A stretch of 64,000 nt of DNA from Candidatus Latescibacterota bacterium (GTDB lineage: Bacteria; Krumholzibacteriota; Krumholzibacteriia; LZORAL124-64-63): assembly GCA_030658975.1 (NCBI GenBank), contig JAUSBL010000055.1, positions 971 through 64,970 on the forward strand. Direction: 5' to 3'. The notes under the pieces are model-generated. The model was not told the DNA's origin. It was given only the letters and a program-made list of their open reading frames with translations, and searched no databases. The first letter of the stretch is position 1; each line of letters begins with the position of its first letter. A program made the position numbers and the translations under genes. Positions 8,436 to 17,924 of this stretch are shown one piece after another.

Positions 8436-9926
8436 ATGACCGATCGCCTGCGCCCGCGCCTGCTGCTGATCGCCCTGCTGGCCGCGATCGCCCTGGCCCT
8501 GGGCTGCACCCAGGTCCCCGACCCGCCGGGCTTCGACAACCCGCTGGATCCCGACGGGACGCACGGCGACCCCTTCAACGTCACGGCGTTCTTCCTGGCC
8601 GGCGGCGTCACGCTGACCTGGACCGCGCTCGACCTGCCCGGCGTGGCGGGTTACGAGATCCTGCGCTCCGGCAGCGAAGGCGGGCCCTACGACGTCATCG
8701 GCTCCGTCGATCATCCGACGGTCTCGTACATCGACCGCGATTTCGCGCCCAACCTGCCCAACTTCTACAAGGTCCGCGCCACCGACGGCCTGGGCAACAG
8801 CACGCTGATCTCCGGCGTGGCGGCGGCCCGCGTCCTGGCCCCGCCCCGCCTGACGCTCGCCGACACGTCCACGTCCGCCACGCGCCACCTCGCCCTGACG
8901 CTCGAAGTCGCGCTCGGCGACAGCGCCGTCCTGGACTCCCTGCCGAGCTTCGCCACCGCCGTCACCGCCATCTTCGACGAAGAGGGGGCGGCCGCCCTGC
9001 CCTGGGACCTCGGACCGGCGCCCGCCTCCAACGTCGTGAAGCACGTCTACGTGCGCGTCTACGCGGCCGGCATCGCCGGGGCCGTGTTCCACGATTCGAT
9101 CAGGGTCCGCTTCGCGCCGGACCTCAAGCTCGAGGGCAACCCGGCCACGCTCGCCGACCGCACGCCCGCGCTGCGGATCATCGGTCCCGGCGTGACACAG
9201 ATGCGCTTCGCCCCCGACCGCGCCTCGCTGGCGGCGGCGACCTGGCTGCCGGGAGCCCACACGCACGAAGACCACCTTCTGGGCGAACAGCTCGACTCCC
9301 AGCTCATCTTTGGCGAGTTCGCCTGCGACTTCGGCTTCACGGTGATCGACAGCGTCGCGGCGGCGCCCGACGACCTGCAGCCCCTGACGCTGACGGTCAA
9401 CGGGGGCGCGGCGGCCACCAGCGCCCTGCTGGTCCCCCTCGCGTGCGACGCACGCGCGACCCACATGCGCTTCGCCGAGACGCTCCCCGCACTGGGGGCC
9501 GCGTCCTGGCAGCCCTACGCCGCGCAGACGACCTTCGCCCACAGCGCCTGCACGGGCGACCCGGCCAAGACCATTTTCGCCCAGTACCGCAACGACTGGA
9601 TCACCGCCGATCCCGTGAGCGGCTCGTTCCAGTGGCTGCCGCCCGAGGCGCTGGGCGTGACGATCGCCGCGCCGGACACCGTGACCGGCGGCGAGGCCGC
9701 GACGATCGCCGGCACGGCCGTCGCCGGCACCTGCGGCGCGCCGCTGGATCTGGTCGAGGTGGATGCGGGGACGGGCTGGCTGGCGGCGAGCGGGCTCGCG
9801 ACGTGGACGTTCGCCTGGACCGCGCCCGCGGTGGACGACACCACGACGATCACCGTCTCGGCGCGGGTTTCCGCCGGAACCGGCACGTCGACGGACTCGC
9901 ACGACATCGTCGTGCTGCCCGAATAG
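8436..9926 (+). CDS. Lipoprotein with Ig/FN3-like repeats, function unknown
   Basis: Tail of ORF 8208-9926. ATG 8436 gives MTDRLRPRLLLIALLAAIALALGC (lipobox LALGC). The upstream Arg-rich extension overlaps the previous gene. Confidence 0.6.
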   Translation: MTDRLRPRLLLIALLAAIALALGCTQVPDPPGFDNPLDPDGTHGDPFNVTAFFLAGGVTLTWTALDLPGVAGYEILRSGSEGGPYDVIGSVDHPTVSYIDRDFAPNLPNFYKVRATDGLGNSTLISGVAAARVLAPPRLTLADTSTSATRHLALTLEVALGDSAVLDSLPSFATAVTAIFDEEGAAALPWDLGPAPASNVVKHVYVRVYAAGIAGAVFHDSIRVRFAPDLKLEGNPATLADRTPALRIIGPGVTQMRFAPDRASLAAATWLPGAHTHEDHLLGEQLDSQLIFGEFACDFGFTVIDSVAAAPDDLQPLTLTVNGGAAATSALLVPLACDARATHMRFAETLPALGAASWQPYAAQTTFAHSACTGDPAKTIFAQYRNDWITADPVSGSFQWLPPEALGVTIAAPDTVTGGEAATIAGTAVAGTCGAPLDLVEVDAGTGWLAASGLATWTFAWTAPAVDDTTTITVSARVSAGTGTSTDSHDIVVLPE

Positions 9927-9939
9927 GCCGCGCGGACCG

Positions 9940-10281
9940 CTAGAGGCGGATCACCCGCGCGGCTTCATTCTGCACGCCGAGGATCTCGACCATGTTCGAG
10001 ACCCGGCCGACGTCGATCTTCTCCCTCAGTCCGAACCAGTCGAGGCAGGTGCCGCAGCAGAGCAACTCCGCGCCGGCGTCCCGGAGCGCCCGCAGCTCCG
10101 GCAGGCACCCCGACCCCTCGCAGCACAGCTTCACGCCGGCGTTCATGAACAGCAGGTGGGACGGCGGGCCGCCCGCGGCCTGCGGCAGGCTCCGCAACGC
10201 CGACAGCAGCAGAGCTTCGCCCAGCTCGTCGTCGCCGCTGCCGAGCGCTTCGCCGGCGATGAGGATCACGCTCCTGGACAT
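9940..10281 (-). CDS. DsrE/YedF C-terminal-like small protein (selenium/sulfur-relay associated family)
   Basis: ATG 10281 within ORF 9940-10419: MSRSVILIAGEALGSGDDELGEALLL...LLFMNAGVKL...CCGTCLDWFGL...MVEILG. From memory this resembles the DsrE-like half of YedF. Confidence 0.55.
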   Translation of the reverse strand: MSRSVILIAGEALGSGDDELGEALLLSALRSLPQAAGGPPSHLLFMNAGVKLCCEGSGCLPELRALRDAGAELLCCGTCLDWFGLREKIDVGRVSNMVEILGVQNEAARVIRL

Positions 10282-10306
10282 CGATGCCCCCGCATTGGGA
10301 AATTGT

Positions 10307-12682
10307 TCATTTGAGCAACGCCAGCTTCTCCACAAAGAACACCGAGTCCGCCGAATACCGCGCGAAATACACGCCGCTGGGCCGGGCGCGCCCCTCGTCG
10401 TCGCGCCCGTCCCAGACACTCTCGTGCCAGCCCGCCGCGGTCTGCGCGTCCAGGGTGCGCACCCGGCGCCCCCTCTGGTCGAACACGGCGAGGCGGACCT
10501 CGCGGGCTCCGGCCGGCACGCAGTACCTCAGCACGGTCGCGGGGTTGAACGGGTTCGGCGACGCCGGCAGCAGCTGCGCAAGACCGGCGCCCGGCGTCTC
10601 CCCGGCCCCGGTCGCGTACTCGCCGTCGAGGATCACTTCGTCCACCCACCAGCCGAAGCCGCAGAAGTTGCCGTCTTCGGCCGACCAGCCGCCGTCGGTG
10701 GCGAGGCGCAGCCGCAGGTCCAGCACCGCGAAGCCGTAGTCGTTGTCGCAGGCGCCGATCAGGGCCGGCGGGATCTCCCAGGTGTCGGTGACGCAGGAAC
10801 TCGCGCCGGTCAGGGCGGCGATCTGCATCCAGGGCGCGCCGGGATCGCCCGCGCAGCGGCCCTCGACGTAGGCGAAGTCGTAGTCGGGCTCGATGTCGTA
10901 GCGGTGCCGCAGCGTGATCGTGGTCTCTGCGGAGACGCCCGCCGTCGTCCAGGCGAAGTCGTACCAGTTGTTGCCGTAGCCGGGGCCGCACTCGAACTCG
11001 GGGTCGTCGATGCCGAACCAGAGACCGCCGTCCCCCGAGCAGGATCCCGCCATGGATTCGTCGCGATGGGCGAAGCTGTGGCAGAACAGCCAGCCGTCGG
11101 TGTCGCTTTCGAAGTCCCAGGTCAGCGACTTGCCGGCTTCGACCCGCGGCGCCCGCTTCGCCGACAGCACGAAGTCGAGCGTCACGTCCTGTCCCGACAG
11201 CGCGATGTTCTCCAGGGCGACGCCGGTCGGGTCGCAGTAGATGTCGGATGCCGGCGGGATCGTGTCGTCGGCGAAGCGGTTGCGGTCGCGCGGGCCGTTC
11301 CAGTCCGTCGTGTCGGCGTTCACGGCCGACCAGCCCGGCCAGGCGTCGCCGTTGTCGCCGCGGTTGAAGTTGTCCATCCGCAGCTGCTGGGCGTAGTCGC
11401 GGGGGCCGTCCAGGTGCTCGAACCAGTCGCCGGGCCCCCGGAACCAGGGGCTCGCCTCGACCACGTCCACCAGGCGGTGCTTCTCGTCGGCGTTGCCGGA
11501 GACCGCTTCGTTGACGTGGTAGACGACAAGTCCGGAGGCCGGGGGCAGGCCGAAGTCCACCTGCCGCCGGGTGAGCGCGGCGTCGAAGCCCAGGGGCTGG
11601 CGGTTCTCGACCAGGAAGTACTCGTCCCCGGTCTCGACGCCGTCGCGGAAGACGCGGTAGGCCGTCGGGGAGATCTCGGCCGGCGGCACGTTCACGCCGA
11701 ACGATCCGGCCGTGACCGCCACCGGGGACACCCAGCCCAGTTGGGCCTTGCACCAGGCGGACATGTGCGTGGGGCTGCTGCCGGCAGGATCGCCGGGGCG
11801 GCGCCCCCAGGAGCCGCTGCCCATCAGGCACCACTCGCCGACGCCGCTGCTGCTGTAGTCGCTGTCGTAGAGGTCGGGCAGCCCCAGCACGTGCCCGTAT
11901 TCGTGGGCGAAGACGCCCATGGTGATCTGCGCACCGTCCATCGTCTCTTCCGGCTCGACCGTGTAGCGCTTCAGCGCCACGCCGTCGGCCGTCGCCAGGG
12001 GCGTGTTGAAGGACCAGGCGTGCGACCAGATGTCGTCGTCGCTGCCGGTCTGTTCGCGGCCCGGTCCGGCGTGCACGAAGAAGAGGGCGTCGACGAGGCC
12101 GTCGTCGTCGTACGAGTGCGGCACGCCGTCGGGTCCGTCGTTGTCGAACTGCGAGTAGTCGATGACCGGGTCGAGCTGGGTCATCACCGCCGCGATCATC
12201 GAGCGCACCTGGAGGTAATTGGTGGGGTCGATGTTCGCGTAGGGATCCGCAGCGACGTGCCAGCCCGAGACCAGTCCCTGAACCTGGTAGAGGCCGTGGC
12301 TGTTCTCGAGGTAGAAGTCGTTCAGGCTACCGGTGGGATGGATCCCGACACTGAACAGCATCTGCTGGTAGGCCGCGTTCGGATGCGCCGTCACATCGGC
12401 GGGATGGTCGGTCCAGCCGACGAGCACCACCAGGCAGGAGCCGGTGCCGGTCGTCCGGACGTCGCGGCCCGATTTGCGGGCGTCACGGGATTCCCGGTAC
12501 AACTCGGCCTCCGGCAGGGCGGGGCCGGCCGACCGGGCGGTCGCCTCAGCGCCGAGGCGCAGCAGGAGCGCGGGATCGGCGGCCACGGCGCGAGGGGCGG
12601 GATCGGCAGCAGGAGCCGCGATCGCGGCGGCAGCGATCGGCAGGAAGGCCAGCCAACACGACAAAACCAGGGGCGATCTCAT
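10307..12682 (-). CDS. M6-family (immune inhibitor A-like) zinc metalloprotease with C-terminal FlgD-Ig/T9SS-type sorting domain
   Basis: 791-aa ORF. Signal peptide; HEYGHVLGLPDLYD (HExxH). C-terminal PNPFNPATVLRY...SGVYFARY...EKLALLK. Confidence 0.85.
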   Translation of the reverse strand: MRSPLVLSCWLAFLPIAAAAIAAPAADPAPRAVAADPALLLRLGAEATARSAGPALPEAELYRESRDARKSGRDVRTTGTGSCLVVLVGWTDHPADVTAHPNAAYQQMLFSVGIHPTGSLNDFYLENSHGLYQVQGLVSGWHVAADPYANIDPTNYLQVRSMIAAVMTQLDPVIDYSQFDNDGPDGVPHSYDDDGLVDALFFVHAGPGREQTGSDDDIWSHAWSFNTPLATADGVALKRYTVEPEETMDGAQITMGVFAHEYGHVLGLPDLYDSDYSSSGVGEWCLMGSGSWGRRPGDPAGSSPTHMSAWCKAQLGWVSPVAVTAGSFGVNVPPAEISPTAYRVFRDGVETGDEYFLVENRQPLGFDAALTRRQVDFGLPPASGLVVYHVNEAVSGNADEKHRLVDVVEASPWFRGPGDWFEHLDGPRDYAQQLRMDNFNRGDNGDAWPGWSAVNADTTDWNGPRDRNRFADDTIPPASDIYCDPTGVALENIALSGQDVTLDFVLSAKRAPRVEAGKSLTWDFESDTDGWLFCHSFAHRDESMAGSCSGDGGLWFGIDDPEFECGPGYGNNWYDFAWTTAGVSAETTITLRHRYDIEPDYDFAYVEGRCAGDPGAPWMQIAALTGASSCVTDTWEIPPALIGACDNDYGFAVLDLRLRLATDGGWSAEDGNFCGFGWWVDEVILDGEYATGAGETPGAGLAQLLPASPNPFNPATVLRYCVPAGAREVRLAVFDQRGRRVRTLDAQTAAGWHESVWDGRDDEGRARPSGVYFARYSADSVFFVEKLALLK

Positions 12683-12865
12683 CGGAGTCTCCTCGCACCG
12701 GGAGCGGCCGTTCCGGCCGGATCTGTTTGCACCGTCATGATAAGGTCATCCCCAGCCAACCGTCATCTCCTGTTCGGGGGCGGTGCCTCACCGGAACTTC
12801 CGCATTTCGTTTCCGGTCCCGGGGCCGGCGGGTTATCCTGCGCCGGTCACAGCCCGGGAGGCGCC

Positions 12866-13810
12866 ATGCCGGAACCGCAGGACCGGATCACGTCGGCGTC
12901 GCGGCGCGAGTATGCGCGGCGCATCAACGCGGTCCACGATCACATCGCCGCCCATCTCGACGAACGCCTCGACCTCGAGACGCTCGCCGCGGTGGCCTGC
13001 TTCTCGCCCTTCCACTTCCACCGGATCTTCACGGCCCTGACGGGCGAGACCCTCGGCGCCTGCGTGAAGCGAATGCGCCTGGAAGCGGCCGCCAACACCC
13101 TGACCCACAACCCGGACTCCTCCGTACTCGGCGTGGCGCTGGCCTGCGGCTTCTCCAGCCACGCCGTCTTCTCGCGGGAGTTCCGCCAACGGTTCGGCGA
13201 GACCCCGAGCGCCTGGCGCCGCCGGACCCGCGACGAGATGCGCAAGCACGGTCAAACCGACCGCAAGGACGGCCAAGCAACCTCGCCTGCGGTGGCGCAT
13301 CCTGGGTTCGTGTTCCCCGAACCCGAACCAAGGAGCCCGACGATGGACGTGACGATCAGGGACCTGCCCCGGCAGCGCGTGGCCTACATGAGGGCGACCG
13401 GCCGCTACGGCACCATGGAGCAGGCGCTGTGGGAGCGGATGTGCCGCTGGGCGGGACCGCGCGGCCTGCTGCGGCCGGACGAGCCCACGATCAGCATCTG
13501 CCACGACAGCCCCGAGGTGACGCCGCCCGACCGCTGCCGCTACGACGCCTGCGTCCCGCTGCCCGAGGGCCTCGAACCCGACGGCGGGGTCAACACGGCC
13601 GTACTGCCGGGCGGGCGCTACGCCGTCTCGCGGGTCGACGGCACCGTCGCCGACTTCGGTCCGGCCTGGACGGACATCTTCGCCCGCTGGCTGCCGGGCA
13701 GCGGCTGGCAGTGCGACGAGCGTCCCTGCCTCGAGCGCTGCTACGGCGAACCGGACCCCGCGACGGGCCGCCTCGTGTTCGAGGTCTGCATCCCGGTGAA
13801 ACCGCTCTGA
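12866..13810 (+). CDS. AraC-family transcriptional regulator with GyrI-like effector-binding domain
   Basis: Tail of ORF 9992-13810 from ATG 12866. It contains FSPFHFHRIFTALTGETL...GFSSHAVFSREFRQRFGETPSAWR (AraC HTH pair) and a C-terminal GyrI-like YEVCIPV-type ending FEVCIPVKPL. Confidence 0.85.
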   Translation: MPEPQDRITSASRREYARRINAVHDHIAAHLDERLDLETLAAVACFSPFHFHRIFTALTGETLGACVKRMRLEAAANTLTHNPDSSVLGVALACGFSSHAVFSREFRQRFGETPSAWRRRTRDEMRKHGQTDRKDGQATSPAVAHPGFVFPEPEPRSPTMDVTIRDLPRQRVAYMRATGRYGTMEQALWERMCRWAGPRGLLRPDEPTISICHDSPEVTPPDRCRYDACVPLPEGLEPDGGVNTAVLPGGRYAVSRVDGTVADFGPAWTDIFARWLPGSGWQCDERPCLERCYGEPDPATGRLVFEVCIPVKPL

Positions 13811-13839
13811 GCCCGGGCGGCCCCGCGGCGCGAACGAAC

Positions 13840-13867
13840 GGCGCCCCGTCCGGAAGGACGGGGCGCC
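13840..13867. terminator. Hairpin between convergent genes (possible bidirectional terminator)
   Basis: Perfect 12-bp stem GGCGCCCCGTCC / GGACGGGGCGCC with GGAA loop, between stops at 13810 (+) and 13893 (-). The U-tracts are weak. Confidence 0.45.
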
Positions 13868-13892
13868 GCCGTGCGTGGGCGCGGATCAGGGG

Positions 13893-16607
13893 TCAGTCGA
13901 CCTCCGCGTCCACCACCTCGATGTCGCCGAGGCCCAGTTCGCGCAGCCCCGGCTCGATCACCGCGCGGTCCCCCACGATCACCAGCCGCATCGCGTCGGG
14001 ATCGATGTGCTCGCGGGCCATGCGCGCGGCCTCCGCCGAGTCGACCGCCTCCACGCGAGCACGGTAGGTCGTCCAGTCGTCGAGCGGCAGGCCGTACAGC
14101 ACCAGCTCGCCCAGCTGGCCGGCGATCCCCTGGATCGTCTGGAAACGCTGGGGGAAGGACTTGATCAGCTGGTTCTTGCCGGCCGCCAGCTCGGCGTCGG
14201 CCAGCGGGCGCGCGCCGCGCACGTCCCGCAGCTCCTTCAGCAGCTCGACCACCGACTCCTTCGTGTACTGCGTCTGGACCGGGGCGTTGGCCAGGAACAC
14301 GCCCCCGCCGGCCATGGTCATGCTCGTGGTGCGGGCGCCGTAGGTGTAGCCCTTGTCCTCGCGCAGATTCATGTTGATGCGCGACATGAACTGGCCGCCG
14401 AGCGGCGTGTTGAGCACGTTCAGCGCCAGCACGTCGGGGTCGCGGCGGTCCAGGCCGGGCTGGCCGAGCAGGATCACGCTCTGCTGGGCGCCGGGACGGT
14501 CGACGAGGCAGACGCGCGCGCCGGTCCGCGGCCTGGCGGGAGGCACGACCACGGCGGGCGCCGGTTTCGACTCCCAGCCGCGCAGCGCGCGGGAGACGGA
14601 CGCCACGGCCTCGTCCAGCGTGATGTCGCCGACGACGACCACGGCGGCGTTCCCGGGGCGGTAGTACGTCTCGTGGATGCGCACGAGGTCCTCGCGCGTG
14701 ATCGCCGTCACCGACGCCTTGGTGCCCGTGCCGCTGAACGGCTGGGCGTAGGGGTGGCCCTCGCCGAACATCAGCTTCTGGAAGACGGTGTAGGCGGTCT
14801 GTTCGGGCTCGACGGATTCCTGGCGGATGCGCCCGAGGTACTGGCTGCGGATGCGCTCCAGCTCGGCCGCGGGGAACGAGGGGCGCATCACGACGTCGCC
14901 CATCAGCGCGAGCCCCGCGTCGAGGTTCCGCTTCAGGACGCCGAGGCTGACGTAGGAGCCGTCGAAGCTGCTGTACGAGCCGAGCTGGGCGCCGAGGTCG
15001 CGCGCGAGGTCCGAGATGGCCAGCGCGTCGCGGCCGCGCGTGCCCTCGTCGAGCATGTCGGCGGCCATCGCCGCCGTGCCCGGCCGTCCGGCCGGATCCG
15101 CGCCCCAGCCGCAGCGCACCACGAGGTTGACCTGCACCAGCGGCAGCTCGTGCTTCTCGACGAGGTAGAGCTTCAGCCCGTCCGGCAGGTCCGCCGTGAG
15201 GATCGGCGGCGGCGAGAAGACGCGCTCGCGCCCGGCCGCGGGCATCGTCGCGCGTTCGACCGCGAGGTCCGACGCCGCGGGCTTGCCGTGCGGCACGATG
15301 TGCAGCACGGCCCGCCGCCCGAGGTCCAGGTACCGGCGCGCGGCGTCCGTCACGCCCGCGGGCGTGGCGGCGCGGTAGCGGCCGAGGTCCTGCGCTAGGT
15401 ACCCGGGGTCGCCGGTGCGCACGTTGTAGCCGTTGAGCAGGTCGGCGCGCCCGCCGAAGCCGCCCACGCTCTCCAGGCGGCGGATGAAGCGGACTTCGTA
15501 GCCGGTCCGGGCGCGGGCCAGCTCCTCGGGCGCGACGCCCTTCTCGCACAGGCGCCGCAGCTCCGCGTCGACGGCCTCCTCCAGCCGCGCGAGGTCCACG
15601 CCCGGTTTGGCCGTGGCCTCCACCTCGAAGACGCTGCCGATCTCGCGGGAGCCCTGCCACGCCGAAACGTCCTGGGCGATCTGCTGCTCGTAGACCAGCG
15701 CCTGGTAGAGGCGCGAGGTCTTGCCGCCGGTCAGCACCGAGGCCAGCAGGCCCAGTTCGGCGTCGCCGGGCGCGTACAGGGCCGGCGTGTGCCACGCCAT
15801 GATCAGACGCGGGAGTTCGACGTCGTCCTCGGCCGTCGCCCGGCGCTCGCCCTCGAGCGCGGGCACCCACTGGCGGATCCGCTGCACGGGCCGCCCCGGG
15901 GGGATCGTGCCGAAGTACTTGGCGATGAGCGCCTTCGCCTCGGCCGGGTCGAAGTCGCCCGCCACGCACAGGCTGGCGTTGTTGGGCGTGTAGTAGAGCG
16001 CGAAGAAGTCCGCGACGTCCTGCTTCGTGGCCGCGGACAGGTCGTCCATGCTGCCGATGACGGTGTGGCTGTAGGGATGCTCGGGCGGGAAGAGCAGCTT
16101 GGCCATCAGCTCCTCGGCCACGGCGTAGGGCTCGTTCTCGCCCTCGCGCTTCTCGTTCTGGACGACGCCCTTCTGGTTGGCGAGGCGTTCCTCGGTCATG
16201 GCCGGCACCAGGAAGCCCATGCGGTCGGACTCGAGCCACAGGGCCAGCTCCAGCTGCTCGCTCGGCACGTTCTCCCAGTAGTTGGTGCGGTCGACGTTGG
16301 TCGAGCCGTTCACCTGGCCGCCGACGCGCTGCAGCGGCGCGAAGTAGTCGTCGTCGTGATGCTGGGACCCCTGGAACATCATGTGCTCGAAGAGGTGCGC
16401 GAAGCCGGTGCGGCCGGGCTTCTCGTTCTTCGAACCCACGTGGTACCAGACGTTGACCGACACCGAAGGGATCGTGTGGTCCTCGTGCAGGATCACCTCG
16501 AGCCCGTTGTCCAGGACGTACTTCTCGAAGGGGATCTCGGGCAGGTCCGCGTCGGCCGCGACCGCGGCGCTCGCCAGGACCAACAGCAGGGGCATGAGAA
16601 AGCGCAT
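13893..16607 (-). CDS. Double-length M16 (pitrilysin/insulinase) family zinc peptidase, secreted
   Basis: ATG 16607 inside ORF 13893-17711, with GAGGAG SD upstream. MRFLMPLLLVLASAAVAA signal; HLFEHMMFQGS (HxxEH); second M16 unit in the C-terminal half. Confidence 0.9.
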   Translation of the reverse strand: MRFLMPLLLVLASAAVAADADLPEIPFEKYVLDNGLEVILHEDHTIPSVSVNVWYHVGSKNEKPGRTGFAHLFEHMMFQGSQHHDDDYFAPLQRVGGQVNGSTNVDRTNYWENVPSEQLELALWLESDRMGFLVPAMTEERLANQKGVVQNEKREGENEPYAVAEELMAKLLFPPEHPYSHTVIGSMDDLSAATKQDVADFFALYYTPNNASLCVAGDFDPAEAKALIAKYFGTIPPGRPVQRIRQWVPALEGERRATAEDDVELPRLIMAWHTPALYAPGDAELGLLASVLTGGKTSRLYQALVYEQQIAQDVSAWQGSREIGSVFEVEATAKPGVDLARLEEAVDAELRRLCEKGVAPEELARARTGYEVRFIRRLESVGGFGGRADLLNGYNVRTGDPGYLAQDLGRYRAATPAGVTDAARRYLDLGRRAVLHIVPHGKPAASDLAVERATMPAAGRERVFSPPPILTADLPDGLKLYLVEKHELPLVQVNLVVRCGWGADPAGRPGTAAMAADMLDEGTRGRDALAISDLARDLGAQLGSYSSFDGSYVSLGVLKRNLDAGLALMGDVVMRPSFPAAELERIRSQYLGRIRQESVEPEQTAYTVFQKLMFGEGHPYAQPFSGTGTKASVTAITREDLVRIHETYYRPGNAAVVVVGDITLDEAVASVSRALRGWESKPAPAVVVPPARPRTGARVCLVDRPGAQQSVILLGQPGLDRRDPDVLALNVLNTPLGGQFMSRINMNLREDKGYTYGARTTSMTMAGGGVFLANAPVQTQYTKESVVELLKELRDVRGARPLADAELAAGKNQLIKSFPQRFQTIQGIAGQLGELVLYGLPLDDWTTYRARVEAVDSAEAARMAREHIDPDAMRLVIVGDRAVIEPGLRELGLGDIEVVDAEVD

Positions 16608-16690
16608 CGCGACAACTCCTCGCATCTCGGGTGAAGGCGGGTGAGTCCGTACGGAATATCGCTCACCCGGTTCCAACTGTCTGCCAGGCA

Positions 16691-16702
16691 TTTGTCGACA
16701 AA
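16691..16702. promoter_or_regulatory. Perfect 12-bp palindrome TTTGTCGACAAA in the M16 / CarH-like divergent intergenic region (candidate operator)
   Basis: Read directly from the sequence. It lies 41 nt upstream of the 16743 start. Confidence 0.35.
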
Positions 16703-16742
16703 GGCTGGACAAAATCGAGACACGCGCCCATCTTGATCCCGG

Positions 16743-17729
16743 ATGAGTCGGACCGATACAGGTGTCCAGTTCCAGGGAGCCGCAATGACCAGCACGAACA
16801 GCCAGCACGGGCCGGAAACCCCGCGCCACTCCATCGCCGTGGTCTCGCGCCGCACCGGGGTCAACCAGCTCCTGCTGCGCGCGTGGGAGCGGCGCTACGG
16901 GGTGATCACGCCGGGCCGGACCGCGACCGGACGCCGCCTGTACTCCGACGCCGACATCGAGAAATTGCTGCTGCTGCGCCAGCTGACCGACGCCGAACAC
17001 CGCATCGGTGACGTGGCGCACCTCCCGATCCCCGACCTGCGGGCCCTGGCCGCCGACGCTCCGGAACCGCCGCCGCGGCCGACGACGGGCCCCGCCGCGC
17101 TGGACGGCGCCGGCGATCTGCTCGACCGGGCGATCGACGCCGTCCGGACCCTGGACCACGCCGCGCTCGAGCACCTGCTCGAGCGGGCCGCGGTGGCGAT
17201 GAGCAAGCCGGCCCTGCGCCGCGACCTGATCGTGCCACTCATGGTGCGCATCGGCGAACTCTGGCGCTGCGGCGAGCTGCGCGTGGCCCACGAGCACATG
17301 GCCTCCGCCATCGTGCGCAGCTTCCTGACCACGATGAACGCCCGCCACCCGATCCCGGCCGCCGCCCCCACCCTGATCGTCGCCACGCCCGTCGGGCAGT
17401 GGCACGAACTGGGCGCCCTGATGGCCGCCTCCCACGCCCTGGAGGCCGGCTGGGACGTGCTCTATCTGGGGGCCAGCCTGCCGGCCGAGGAGATAGCCGG
17501 CGCCGCCGCCAGCCGCCGGGCGCGCGCCGTCCTGCTGAGCCTGGTCTACCCCGCCGCCGATCCGAACATCGAGACGGAACTCCGCCAGCTGCGACGGCTC
17601 CTGGAGCCGGACACGTTGCTGATGGTGAGCGGGCAGGCCGCAGCCAGCCACGGCCCACTCCTCGCGGAGCTGGGCGCGCAGTTGATCCGGGATCCGGCGT
17701 CCTTCGATCAAGCCATCAACTCCTTATAA
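16743..17729 (+). CDS. CarH/LitR-family regulator: MerR-type HTH fused to an adenosylcobalamin-binding photoreceptor-type domain
   Basis: 328-aa ORF. HSIAVVSRRTGVNQLLLRAWERRYG (MerR HTH). ELWRCGELRVAHEH matches Wx9EH. QWHELGA (xHxxG), LSL and VSG complete a B12-binding motif set. The start may be ATG 16785. Confidence 0.8.
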   Translation: MSRTDTGVQFQGAAMTSTNSQHGPETPRHSIAVVSRRTGVNQLLLRAWERRYGVITPGRTATGRRLYSDADIEKLLLLRQLTDAEHRIGDVAHLPIPDLRALAADAPEPPPRPTTGPAALDGAGDLLDRAIDAVRTLDHAALEHLLERAAVAMSKPALRRDLIVPLMVRIGELWRCGELRVAHEHMASAIVRSFLTTMNARHPIPAAAPTLIVATPVGQWHELGALMAASHALEAGWDVLYLGASLPAEEIAGAAASRRARAVLLSLVYPAADPNIETELRQLRRLLEPDTLLMVSGQAAASHGPLLAELGAQLIRDPASFDQAINSL

Positions 17730-17829
17730 AAAAGATAGTTAAGACAAGCGACCGGCGCTGGCGGGAGCCTCTTCCCCCGTCTCCGCCTCCCCCTGCGCAT
17801 ATTTGTATATATTTTGTGTAGAAATATAC

Positions 17830-17858
17830 TTGACAATTTCGATACACAATCCTACACT
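17830..17858 (+). promoter_or_regulatory. Sigma70-type promoter for the fasciclin / DUF4397 genes
   Basis: TTGACA (17830-17835), 17-nt spacer, TACACT (17853-17858), within a locally AT-rich island. It is flanked by the inverted repeat TTGTGTA (17814-17820) / TACACAA (17843-17849). Confidence 0.6.
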
Positions 17859-17924
17859 GTTCTCACGGGCGGGGAGCGCCGCCCGGATCGCGAACAACAA
17901 GTTCACCACAAGGGAGAGACCGAT

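Noticed and set aside
9992-13810. Very long ORFs that would extend real genes far upstream (9992-13810, 13893-17711, 30126-33398, 45905-48856, 54144-56051, 37045-38877)
   Set aside because: Only the 3' portions carry protein-family motifs, signal peptides and SD-preceded starts. The upstream parts overlap bona fide genes on the opposite strand, so internal starts were chosen.
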